Shown: one piece after another, positions 27,178-40,000 of the stretch | How positions within the stretch are numbered: the first letter of the stretch is position 1 | Layout of the letters: every line of letters starts with the position of its first letter | Assembly (NCBI GenBank): GCA_964035545.1 | Contig: OZ037769.1 | Location: 6,305,929 to 6,369,928 of the forward strand | Source: Bugula neritina | Lineage: Eukaryota; Animalia; Bryozoa | Length of the DNA: 64,000 nt | Direction of reading: 5' to 3' | The notes under the pieces: model-generated | Database searches by the model: none | The model's input: only the letters and a program-made list of their open reading frames with translations | Told to the model about the DNA's origin: nothing | Program-made: the position numbers and the translations under genes

Positions 27178-28834
27178 AAGATTGTAATAAACATTTGCAG
27201 AGATTAGAAATCACAGCTAGTACCAGAAATGTGAAGTGCTCTTTAAACTCTGGATTTGATGTATGTTTTTTTACTTTAGTCTGAAAGAATCTGCTCTCAT
27301 CACCTTGCAGGTTAACTCTGAAAAAGATACAAAGCAGAGGGGGACAACTCTGAGAAAAATACATAACAGGGAAGATAACTTTGATTTATTAATGTGAATT
27401 GGAACTTGTAATCACTCATCATTCCGCATCGCCGATCCGAACAAAAGGTTTATAGTTGTTGAATATACATACTGCCACCTCTACCTCTACGCGTTGTGAA
27501 ATTTATACAAATAGATACAAAATTGCATTAAAACAGTTTCACTAGTTTATCTTTATCTCCTTATAGCAAATTTTGAATTTTATAATAAATTTTGCTTAGA
27601 TGATGACACTGACCTATTATAATCAAACTATTGAAAATTTTATAAAGTTTTCGCAATTACATCTTTGGGCTAATCTTTTTTTAGATATAACAATTAAAAA
27701 GTGTACATTTTTTCTCAAAACTTATACTATGCATAAACATGTAACTATAAGTTACTTTAAAAACAGCACAAATTCATTTTGGAGTAAAATTTTATAGTAA
27801 CTGAATTTCAGTCCTATTGGCTCAATTATCATGATCAAACTGCAAGAAGCTTCATCTAACATATACAAATACATTTAATGCACAGGATTTTGCTGGGAGA
27901 ACTATACCTGATAAAACAACTTAATGGTTCTGAAGTTTTGTTATGCACTTGCAGATCTTCTCCATTGTGTAGAGTTATCTGTATAGCCTGGCCTTCATTA
28001 CATTGATTCAGGGAGTACCATAACCTCCCCTTCCCATTATCAGTGTCTAGACCAGTTTCGCAGTGCCCTGTGCATATATTTTTTGTTTCTTTTTCACAAT
28101 AAATTAGAGGGTCAACTTCACCCAGGCCTGAAAGTCATTCGAATTAAATTTTTTTACCATATGGAACTAATTGCATTAATTAGATTATTCAAATAATCAT
28201 TAAAGTATCTATTATCTCAAAACTTTATTTTCACTCTTCACCTGTTTTAGTCATTAAATACTTCCTCTAACTATAATTTAATAATCACTGCATCATGTAG
28301 TAGTCACTAGAAGTATTTTCATCAGCTGATTACCTCCAATGAACAATTCATTTATTTATTGAAATCTGAATCATTAGACAATATAATTAAAAAACTCTTA
28401 TATCCAATTTATTATGCCTGAAACAACTTATACATTTATTTACCATTATAATAAAATCCGGACTAACGTATTCTTCAGCATTATATATAGTACTGACAAT
28501 ACAATACATTTTTCAACCTGTAGCTAATTTTATATAGTAATGTATGTATATAAGAATTTACATACAGCTACATTAAATAGCTGTATATACATTGAATTTT
28601 CAACTATGTATTTGACTTATAGTTTTACTGTACCCAAGATATGATAGATAGTTGTAGCTGAGTTAATAATTCTACCATACCAGAGATATGATAGCTAGTT
28701 GCAGCTGACGGAAGGGATTTCGGTTCAATGGCTTGTCTTCTTCGAAATAGCTCTGCTGACTTAGATTTTGGGATTTGAAAAGTAATCGCCTTTCCTGGTT
28801 GATGTGTGACACTCGGGTATGACTTAGAGAACAT
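26953..28834 (-). CDS. Synaptotagmin-15-like protein with a single C2 domain (5' end uncertain)
   Basis: Exons 28834-28681, 28127-27908 (LGEVDPLIY...GRLWYSL), 27317-27224 (VNLQGDESRFFQTKVKKHTSNPEFKEHFTFL), 27102-26953 (MRIVLYQY...GEILLPL...KWFH*). Phases are consistent. Motifs resemble the SYT15 C2A region (NPELY, GRLWFS, DERRFLQSK...SNPQFDEHF). Confidence 0.75.
27104..27174. repeat. (TA)n microsatellite directly abutting a splice acceptor
   Basis: Directly visible. Confidence 0.97.
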
Positions 28835-29327
28835 TCTGGATCAATTACTATACTATGTATCAGTACACTCCTGCATGATACAGTTACGCTGAAAGACTCC
28901 TTCAAGAAGCAATATGCTAGTATATTATATACTCAGAGTAAAGCAAGGTACAAGCTGCTTCAGTGAGTCTAAAGAACTTATAATCTGTATGCAGATCACA
29001 TGTTCAATGTCTTTGCACTGGTTACTTAATATCTACCTTCATCTGGTGATTATTTTGAAGAATATTTTCGGTAAAGTATATATAGGCATGCATTAAAATA
29101 CATATCAAATAATCAATAACGCAAGTAAAATGCACTAACATTGATCTAATAGTACCAAGTGCTCTTCTATAATGAAAAAGCTCTTAATATTGTTTTTGTG
29201 CAACTTAATAACTGAGATAGTATTTATTAGCAAACAGCTATAGATGGACCTGTTTCTTATATTTAGTAATTTTAATAATATTAACACAATTGTTAACGTT
29301 AAGATATTATTGGTCATATTTTAGAAA

Positions 29328-29372
29328 TAGTTCTATTTATAACTCAACTTTTGTGAGTTATAAATAGAACTA
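29328..29372. repeat. Perfect 19-bp-arm inverted repeat
   Basis: tagttctatttataactca-acttttg-tgagttataaatagaacta. Confidence 0.85.
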
Positions 29373-30939
29373 CCTATTTATATGATATGATTTTCAAATG
29401 ATGTGATATAATTAATTTAGAAAATTAAGGAAATAATACAATTTAAATTACTAGAATACTATATAGCTGCAGCTAAATTTACACTATAAATGCTTTTATA
29501 CTTTAATTGATAAAAGAGTAAAACAAGAATAATAAACAATATCATTCAGTATCATGTTTATGATTTTCGTTGAAAAGTACTATAAAGTGAAAGCTATAGT
29601 TGTCACACAAATCTAGCAATTGATTTTGCTTTGTGAAAATATGTTAAGAAAATAATAGGCATGGTTGAACTATAGGTTAGAAACACTACAAGTTGAATTT
29701 AGCATTAAGGAATTTAGAAAGCGGTTTTAAATTACTCATAAAATAGTCAGCAACAACTAATGATGATATACAGTTGAGATAAGATTCTTAGACTAAAGAA
29801 GCAAATAAGATAGGTAAATCAAATTCTGAGTTATAATAAAGTACTTGTTTTAATGATGCCAGCATTTAAGTATACTTTGCTTCAAGTTTTAAAGGACTTA
29901 TAAAAAAAGTATGTACAGCTTACCATGTTAGCTTATTACACTCAAAACAAATCTATTAACTTGCAGTAACTATTGTTAATTAACTAATATTGCCATTAAG
30001 GGTTTTCTGCATACATTTTATGTACAAAGGTTTTATTTAAGCATACAGTAAAATATTGTAACATTATTATTTCAAAGTGCTATGAGCATGTCATATTGAA
30101 AACACAACTCACAAATTTGGAATACATGGCATAGAAAAAGTGTTATACTCATAAAAAAGCTATATCATTAGGTTATACAGTGCATAGCTATATCATTAAA
30201 TTACTTTTACATTTCTTATTGAACTATTATGCATCATAATTTATGCTGCACTTTTCAAAACTCAAATAGAATGGTTAATATTTATATATTCATTTAGTGT
30301 CACCCAAATATACTATATAGTCGTAAGCAAAATGTAATTTGAAGTTTGATGGTATATTCACCATAAATTCTAACTTTTATAATTCAAAACATACAAACCT
30401 TATTGGTGATTAAGTATTCATTTTAGTAAGTTCGTCAGATTAGCATCTTCAATAACAATATTATGTGCATATAATCAATGTATATTATAAAAAAGACAGA
30501 CAGCAAGATGAGAATGGCAAATAGGAGATTGCATAAACTCTATTGCGGAGTTGTCTTTACTGGTTGAACAAGTGTTGTATTGTATTAGTTTTGTCAAATA
30601 CAAGCAATATTTTAAAATTTTTGTTTAAAATGTCATACTTATTCAAATAAAAATTACTTAACTATGTCAAATATTTTTTTCTGAAGGTTGTAAAGCCGAG
30701 CGACTGTCTTTGTAGAAACCGGAAATTTCATTGTAAATGTACAATATTTTTTCCTTGTGTAGTTGTTGTTTGACATGCTTATACTTTAACTATTATTAAA
30801 ATGCTCACAGTCACTGTTCTCATAGACTGCTAAAAATATATTTACATTGGGTTATGATTGTGACAGCAATCTCATGCCAAGAAAAGTATATTCAATAGAT
30901 CACAAACTTAGTTCATCACACAAAATAAATAAAGCAAAG

Positions 30940-33900
30940 ATGGGATGTGGCTATTTTACGTGTTCCCGGAACGCACTTATGGCTCTAAATATTCTTTACG
31001 TCGTAAGTATAAAAATATATCTTAATGTTTATATTATTCAACTGTAGGCTATAAATCAGTTTTTGCTGAGATACAATTGAAACTCTGTTCACTGCTGTAG
31101 TTGTTATTGCAATTATAAAATTAAATGCTAGAACAAGAATAACTATCAATTCAATATTATTTAAAAGTAAAACTAAAAGATTAAGTATAAGATTCACAAT
31201 CACTTTCAGAATGATAATGAGCACCCTTGAATTTAGAGTTAAAGTGAAAGTTAATTCTAGAGTTAGTATAAATATAATATCAATACATTACAGATTACTG
31301 GTTGCAGGTATCAAAATTTTACCTGACACTCATAATCGTAGTGATAGTCATACTGATACTCATACTGCCAAATCACCAAACTGAAACAAAAACTTAAACT
31401 TATAGCAGCAATAAAAATTTAAATTCAGTTTCACTAAATTTAATTGAGACTTAGACACTCCTAAACTCTATACTTATACTATAAATATAATCATAATGAC
31501 GATATCCTACCACAGTGTTCTAATTTTTACTGAATGAATTAGTATTACACTACAACTACTGCTAGGTCTAGACCTCATTCTTCTACCTCTCAAAGTATTC
31601 TTACAGCTGTTAATGATTGATTTTTAAGCTAAACTTAGTTAATGTACATGTAATGATGAATTTTTGGCACAAAATATTTATGAAAGCTTTTTTGTAAGTT
31701 ATTTTTACTATGTTGGGTTTTTTCTGCTGACTCATTTTATAAGCAGCTCCAAGTTAAAGGTGACTGAGTGCAGTAGTTTGGGATTCTCCATTTGTTCCAA
31801 GTTCAAACTTAAACCCCCAACTCTAAACTTGAGAATCCCAAACTACTGCACTGGCTGCTTATAGAGTGATTCAGTATAGTGCAGCACTGACAAAAAAGGT
31901 TGTATTTTTCCAACCTCCAATGATGCATTTTCTTGATGCATAGTGCTCAATAATAATACCCATAATTGAAATCTTATTGTTACAACTACAAGTTTAGATT
32001 ATGATACCTTACGATAATCATAACTATGTCATTTTATTACTTATCATTGACTTTATAGCCTATGGCTACTGTACAAGTTGTCGTATTTATCATGATACAT
32101 CTTTGATCTTTCCTTTTTTTCTAGTTTACCTTGACATATTCACTGACTATAAATATGTTTGTCAGACTGATGCTTACAGTCAATGGCCCAGTAGTACTCA
32201 CAATTACTCAAGCCATCTTAATTAAATCACCCAAATACCTTCATGATGATGTTTTACAGACTATTTTAAAATATTGTGTCTAACATTTGAGTTCTGTTGT
32301 GGTCTTCTTTCTGCTGAATTTAATTTTCTTAAAAGCCTAAATGTATGTAATAAAAGTCATTTGTTAAGATATATTAAATTTTAACTTGCGTTTATAAGTT
32401 TAACATATTGTCAGTATATTAAATATTGATGTTTATTTAGTTATAGTACCAGTATTCTGTGAATATTTATGAGATTTTAATTTTAGTTTAATAAATACTT
32501 TTTATTTAGGACTAAATCAATTGACTGTCAACACAAACAGCTTTCCATTAGTTTTAAATCATCTCAAACATAAAACAATATTTTTTAAAAGCTGAATAAG
32601 TTTCACTTGCTTTGGCAGCCAATGAGATTATTATCTTCTGCTATGTCTATGGCTTTGTTACTTAGCTTCAATGCATGGTTTGGTTTTTGGAATGCTCTAG
32701 TTTTGTTGTGAGCTTTAAAAGCATCTATTGCTTTAATTGTTCACTAGAATTGAGGTTATATAAGAACTCTTATACACTAGCTTTGCACCCACCTCAGTCA
32801 CACATGCTGCAGCTTTAAAACAATAGAATTGTAGGTATTAGCCTCCAACTAGAGTTCTAAAACTTTAATTGTTTCTAAATAGGTGCTGTAATCTTGCGTA
32901 ATAACTAATAGTCAATTTCCACCGCAGTTGCTGAGCTCTATTAATTAATTGTTATTTTCAAAACAATATGTAGTATGATAGATCTGCTGGTGTAGAGTGA
33001 CTAGAGTCTGTAGTCAAACTCTCTGAACCTTTGGACTTAGCCTTCCTAAATCTACACAATTATGATTACTTGTAACCTAGTAGGGTGACATTCTGTGATT
33101 TGAACAAGATCTGATAGGCAGAGTAGATGAGTTGAAAATCTCTCAAAAAGTGGATCAAGATGAGCATTTAAAGCATTTATAGTAGTAATTTGTGTTGTAA
33201 TATGGTGTTGTCTGTTGTAGATGATTGCCGTGTTACTCATTGGAGTGGCAGCATACGCCAAGGCCATCTCTTTCATCGATAGTCTAGCAATAATAGGAGC
33301 AGTGATAGGTTGTGGAGCTTTCCTACTGCTCCTTGCCTGCATGGGCATCTTCGGTGCTGCTAAACATCATCAAATATGTTTATTCTTTGTATCCTTTACT
33401 TGACATAGACTTAGATCACTAGACTAGTTCTCTGTGCACAAGGAGGTGGTTAAACTTCACGTAATTTCATTCGCTCTAAACTCTGTAATACTATGAAATT
33501 ATTACCTTTTGCTAGCTGTTAACTGCTACAAGTTTTGGTACATTAATATGCAATGTGCTTAGGTACTTATAGAGAAAATCTCATATCTTCACCACCCATT
33601 TATGCTTACATACAGCATTTAACAAACATCTGCCGTTGCCTTTTGTGTAGGTCTTTGAAGTTTTTCTATAAAATTGGTTGGTGTAAAGCTGCTGGCACGT
33701 GTTACAGTGTTAACAGCCATTGCCGGTTCACTACCATCATATCCAGTGTTGAGACAACGTGGCCAGTGTACAGTGCATAGTGATATTGCCTGCTAGTATA
33801 TTCTCCTTAACCCTCTCCACAGTATATGGTTATATTATTTCTTCTCTTTCTAATACAATTTAGCTTAGCAGTCGCGTTGCTTGCCCTCAATAAAGATACT

Positions 33901-36400
33901 CAAGATACTCTCATAGAAAAAGCCTGGGAGGCCGAAAATATTACATTATCAAAAGATGTCAATTGTTGCTCTCTGTATGCATGGAAAAAGGGTGATAAGA
34001 CATGTTCTGTAAGTCCACAGAGCTTTTCTTCTAACCTTTTTACAAGTGCTGTCTTTTTGGGAATTGTCCTGCTCACAGTAACCCTGGCTATAAAGATCTT
34101 TGGGCCACAGTGTTATACACATATCTAGAGTCTAGACTAGGCAGGTGTTAATATACTTCACTGCAGGTGTAGACTTATTTGAGAATAGATGAGACCAAGT
34201 GATAACTAGTTATATATAATCAGTCTATGTATTAATATATTTCACCATTTAATTGTTACCTTATTACACATAGTGTTGGTCACAGCTGATCACATGATCA
34301 TATCCTATAGCTGTAGCACCTGCGTGCCATGTCAATAGCTGTAGCACCTGTGTACAATGTCAATTGAGTTTGTGAGGTGCGACTTGTAGAGCAGTCTGAG
34401 GTGCTGTGAAGGACAGAACGCAAACAGTCTATGCTGCGGTGGGAAGGCCGATGTACCTTGTCCCTGTGAATCTTGTAAAAAGAAGTTATCTCCTCTGGTG
34501 GAAATGGCTTGTAAAATCACTGGTGGTGTCAGTCTCTTCATCAGTATTACAGAGGTAAGACAACTCTGCTCCTGCAAAGTCTTAGTTATCCTGCTGTATT
34601 GTTCTTCTGCTGAAACTTGAGTACTTCTAGCCTCTATGTACAAGATTCTATAGGATTCCATTTTGTGAATAAAATGCCTTTCAACCTAATGTACCCTGTA
34701 ACATTCAAAATCTAGAAAGTTCCTGGATTCTTTATAACAAATCAACTTAGACTGAGCCTGCTTGTCCCTCTAGGAGGGGCGGGGATTGGAGGTCTCAAAC
34801 TATGTTAAAATAACTGAATACAGTACTTTGAATTTACTTATTCTAGTAACTACGAGTTTGAAAATCCATTTTGGCTCATTTTTATTCAAAGATGATCCAA
34901 AATGGATTGTCTCTCTCCTTGCACTGTGGCCATGCAGTGCCACCTGATGTTGCAGAACATTGAATAAACTCTCTTCTCTCGTATTCCCCTTGTCAACGAA
35001 CAGCGCTAACCCTGAATCTATTATTTCAGAGTTGTGTCGCCATGTATTACAAACATATTCCTCTCAAAACCTGATCCTAGCAAATAATTTATTTATCGTA
35101 AACCCTTCACTGCTGTTAATCTACTAACTTCCCTTTTCAGATATTTGGTGTGGCGATGACTGTTAGGTATCGCAGTCAGCGTAACCCACTGAGTAATGCT
35201 AATCATTACCTTTAATAGTCCAAGTGTGTAGTCTGCACTCAACTGTATCCAGTTGCTATCAGGTATCACCTCGTTTACCTGTTCCTGTCTCCTATCTAGT
35301 GACTTGTGCACTCAGTTACTTGTCTGATGTAGTTAGTATCTGCTAGATTACAATATGATGTCGCTGTCGGGTGGGGGTGGTATTACTTGCTCTTCACTCT
35401 AAATGTCTATTCAAAAGTCCGCACCATTGAAAATTGAATTTAAAATAATGTTTTGTTTGTTGTTTCATTTATATGTTTAATTTTAGAGTTCAGCCTCATT
35501 TCTATTGACAATTACTAGAGTCAGCATGTTCTTTGTTATTTAAAGTCATGAAATATATTCCAGATTTCTTGTTTGTCTCAACTCTTTGTGATTTATTTAT
35601 GGATGCTACGAACAGAATGTATTCATTTGTTAAACAGTTAAATTTCAAACCTGATGTTGATAGCATCTTTGTTTTAATTGAACTGCATTTCACAGAACTG
35701 TTTGTTAAATGGTATCTAGTAAAATGTTGCATTGAATAATAATTGTAGAAAATATAAAAAGCATTAAAGGGAGTTGTCTCCACATATGTTCTTGGAATCA
35801 TATCCTGTTACACTACTAAACTACTTTCTCACTCTACAAACTTATAGTCAATACACATACAGCTGCTCTTGTTTTTATAAGTTGCATTTATGTGGGTTGT
35901 CAACCTCTTCTATTTCCAGTTATAATATTACTGGAAATAGAACTGCAATATGCTACGTGGCACACCTCATTTCCTACATACAAACACTACATTAAATTGG
36001 CTTTACAATGTTGTGTCTAGTTTTACCATACAATGAATTGTGTTAAGCCTCTGCCAGTTTTATAGATTTCATCTTATCTTTTCATTCATATGACACTTCT
36101 CTTTGCAGTCAGATTTCAAGATCATGCCATATGATAATAATGGAATGCTTAGTCACATATTTATTAGCAGTTGGTTTCAAAAAGATTCCTTCCTTTTGTG
36201 CTATCAATTCATTTACACTTCATTAGTTGCTTTGCACAAAGTTGCTTTCAAGAAAAATGAATTTAGGCCCTTGATATTGGGTACATTCAACACATATGCC
36301 TAATGCGCTCTTCCTTGTATTGTAGGTGTTTGGAGTATATTTATCCCTGAGATTTCGCAATCAAAAAGATCCTCAAGCCGATCCAAATGCATTCTTATAA
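30940..36400 (+). CDS. TSPAN13: Tetraspanin-13/31-like protein
   Basis: Exons 30940-31002 (MGCGYFTCSRNALMALNILYV), 33221-33388, 33823-34008, 34390-34554 (Cys-rich EC2, TM4 start), and last exon 36326-36400 (VFGVYLSLRFRNQKDPQADPNAFL*). An alternative last exon lies at 35141-35215. GAAKHHQICLFFYM and RNQKDP..PxAFL are TSPAN13/31 hallmarks; the gene is likely a co-ortholog of both. Confidence 0.9.
33389..33822 (+). other. U12-type (minor spliceosome) GT-AG intron
   Basis: 5' site GTATCCTTT at 33389. Branch point TCCTTAAC at 33804-33811, just upstream of the AG at 33821-33822. Splicing restores ...CLFF|YMVIL. Confidence 0.92.
35141..35215 (+). CDS. Alternative (duplicated) terminal coding exon of the tetraspanin
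   Basis: ctactaacttcccttttcag| acceptor, phase 0. Encodes IFGVAMTVRYRSQRNPLSNANHYL*, identical in length (75 nt) and alignable to exon 36326-36400. Confidence 0.75.
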   Translation: MFGVAMTVRYRSQRNPLSNANHYL

Positions 36401-37041
36401 TTGTTGATGCAGCTAGTCTTTGTTTTAGTCATTTAATAAGTTGCTGCACCAGTCAGCTAGCTAAGCACTATCCTATCTCTCTCTATTACCAGTAGTTTAT
36501 AGATGTATATTTATGTATACTGCATTCCTATAGTATATTTTGTTGCGTGTAAATATTTTTCGCTTTTATGTTTTTGTGTTCTCATGCCCTGTGACTTCCA
36601 TCAATGTTATTGACTTCATAGCTTTGCTGTAGTAATAGTTGCTGCTATGTGCTTTGTTATCTCCTCTCATAAATAAACAGCACTTATAACTTCAAACAGC
36701 AACTGACAGCCTTTTTACTGCAAATATATTTAATATTTATTTTATAGTACCTACATTTATATGTGTTATAAAATAATTTCCAAGTTGGGAAGCACCATTA
36801 TACCATTATAAATAATTATACTAAAATGTAAATTAAAAAACCAACTGCCTGTAAAAAATCAATTATGCCAGCATAGCTGATAAGAATCAAATCATTGATT
36901 TAATACAACCCTTATTGGGCACTTCGACTACCAAGTAGGTATGTAGGTACAACTTCCAGAGCAAAATCAGGTGATGAGCCATAAAGCTCTGTCTACAGTG
37001 AAGCAATATTTTAGTCATAAAAGCCTGAGTTCTGCTGCAAA

Positions 37042-40000
37042 TCACAAACCGAACGAAGGGGCTGGATTCTCGTTGTCAATACTGTCGCAGTGAGGAAACA
37101 ATGTCGTATGCTTTTCACAAATCTTGTCTAATTTTTGAATAAGCATCTCTGCTAATAGTTTGCCACCTTCCTTCGCCAAATGCAATCCATCATCACACAC
37201 ATACCTCTTCCAATCCTAAAACAATGAATAATTAATTGACTATCAAGTGTAGCAATGCCTTACCTTCAATAAAATAGAGAGGAGATAACTCTATAGACTT
37301 CAAACCGCTAACTGAAAATTATCTCTTGTGCAATATTGATTGACTTGAATATGAAATTGACCCATTTATACTTATGCATTAATTAGCAAAATAAAAGTAA
37401 GATGTTTTAGTAACAGCTGCAGGTTTTAGAACAAGTAGACAATTAGTTATACAGAGACACATATGGCTAAATTTCATCATGCTTACCAGTGTCAATAGAT
37501 TAGCTAGTAAAAAGTTATTGCATGTGGACTTTGAATCTGTAGCTTCATCTCTAGAGTTGTCTTACCTTTTTGGAAATCATCTCGCTGAACAAGTCTACTG
37601 AGTTGACCTCTTTTTCAGCAGCCACCTCGCCGCAAGCCTCTGCATACAGTTTCAAAGTCACGTTGTCTAAACCAGATAGAGGTGCATCTCCTACCAATAA
37701 TCCCAAGTGTATATTTTAGAAGACAACTCCCAACATACAAAATAACTATGGTTGCGAGACATTGCGCTATGATAATTTTATTTTACGGAATCACAGATTG
37801 CGCTTCATTATACAGCACAAGATAACTCTAACATACTATGCAAAATATGAACCATCATTTTCATATATGCAATGTTATTTGATATAAAAACGCCCCTCTA
37901 AAATTAACATACTTCATAATGCTATAAACAAATCACCTTTTCTGCTGAAGTGGAATGCAAACAAAGCTTACACTGTTATATAACAAATGGCTGAAGTCTG
38001 TAACTAAAGAATCTTACCATTCGCAATAAGAGTCTTGATCCACTGTTCCTCATCAAAAGGAGGAGCTGAAACAAGAATTATCTTCTCTCTAGAAACTCCC
38101 AACTCCTTGAAAAAGTATTAAAGGAAATATTACTAGTTGAGCATTAAAAAATGTCATGACAACATGAGAACTGTATGAAAACAACTTGCATGCCATGCTG
38201 ATAGTCACTATAGTAACTAGTATATTATGTTCATTTGAAATAAATAATAAATACATAGTAATTATATAGTTTTGTATGTTGTGTCACATGCAAATATCCT
38301 ATTTATGGTCAATAAATTTTACTTGGTTGAGGGGGCTAAAAACTATATTTGTGAATCTACATCTTGCATATATACATAACATTACATAACATAGATATCA
38401 TTCAACCGCAATAGATAGCTCTATTTCAAGCATTGTAAACATTCAAACACTACATAATATAGTAAGATGCTAAAATCATGAATTAAACATGGTAATAATT
38501 GTAAACGGTATTACTGGTTGGTTACGTAAAATAGCATTACTGGGTAAGTTGAGTTAGATATGTATTAGTTAATTTACTTACTTATTTGCAACAAAAAGCA
38601 ACTCAACTACTTCAACAGATTTCAAACAGAGCAATCGAAGAGCTCCAAAGTTTTCTCATACAAATCTTTTTAAAATTTAATGAATTTTTTTAAAAGTTTA
38701 CAAGTCTAGTCTAATGAGAAAAAGATGCTGATTTTACTTATAGATTCCAACTACATTATCTCCAAATGGTGCAACTATGTACAACAGTCACATAGAGAGC
38801 TAAAGATTTGGCTGTTACTCATCAGACAGTGAACACTACTACCTATTAACTCATGTCAAATGATTTATATCTTCTTTGATGACATACAACTATGTTATAT
38901 TAATACCATATTATAGATTACATAGAATACAGTTTCAGTGCCTATGTCATGCTGCTAACCTAATGTCTAGACTTTAGACAGTAGTGATGTTTCTCTTCAC
39001 TTACAGTTATGTAATCAACCATATCTCCCAGTGAAGACTTGTATTCTGGAAGAGCCACGTGGTACTGTGGAAACACTGCCTTTGAGTTTGCGTCATTAGA
39101 TCCAAGAAATATCACCACAGCCGCAATCCTCTCGGCATTTGCTACAAAAATATCACAACTCTTACCAACGATTAGTAGAAAGTTGTTAAAATTAGTACAA
39201 TATTCAATTTACTTTCATTCATCTTATGTAAAGAAGAAATAAAATTCACATAGTGGCCACTATACATAAACCTGCAGGTAATTTACACCATATAAAAAAC
39301 AATATCTGGTATCGTGATAAAAAACAGCGAAATATACTTTTAAATGTTACTGTGCACAGTGCTAGTAAAATGAATGAAGTAGTAGAAAATTTTTCATTAT
39401 GAGAAAGTGATCAGTTGCAGTCTTTACACAAACAAATGCAGGCGTTATGCAGAGACTACTGGTTGCTCAGGGATGAGCCGATACAAAGGAAACAAGATGA
39501 GATAACTCCCCCATTTCCACAATTTATCCTGAATATAAATATGAGTCTGGCCAGAGCTGTGATGAGCAGTTATAAGCCAGGCAACAGCAAGAAGTTAATG
39601 AAGAACTTATCACTTGAAGCTAACAACTCTACTCAGTACTCTGAGATAATCAAAGTAAATTATTGTTAACTGTCACCTATTATAAAAGATGAGATTGGTT
39701 ATAATTTGACCATCTCAAAATGTAATAGAACTGTATCGCAAGTAAATCTTTCTTGTGTCAGAAATATTGTCTTTACTTCTGTACGTGTTTTACAAAATCG
39801 TCTTGAACTTACTTGAAAAAGTCTATTGAGCTTATTGGGTGCTTCATCACTTAAATACATATATTACATAACTTTTAAACAATATAACTCAATATATAAT
39901 TAATTATATATTATATAATTACTCAATTATAATGTTCTTTTGAAACAATGTGATTGCTCCTGAAAAACAATAGATGTGGGTCTGTGAGCCTCATTTTAAA

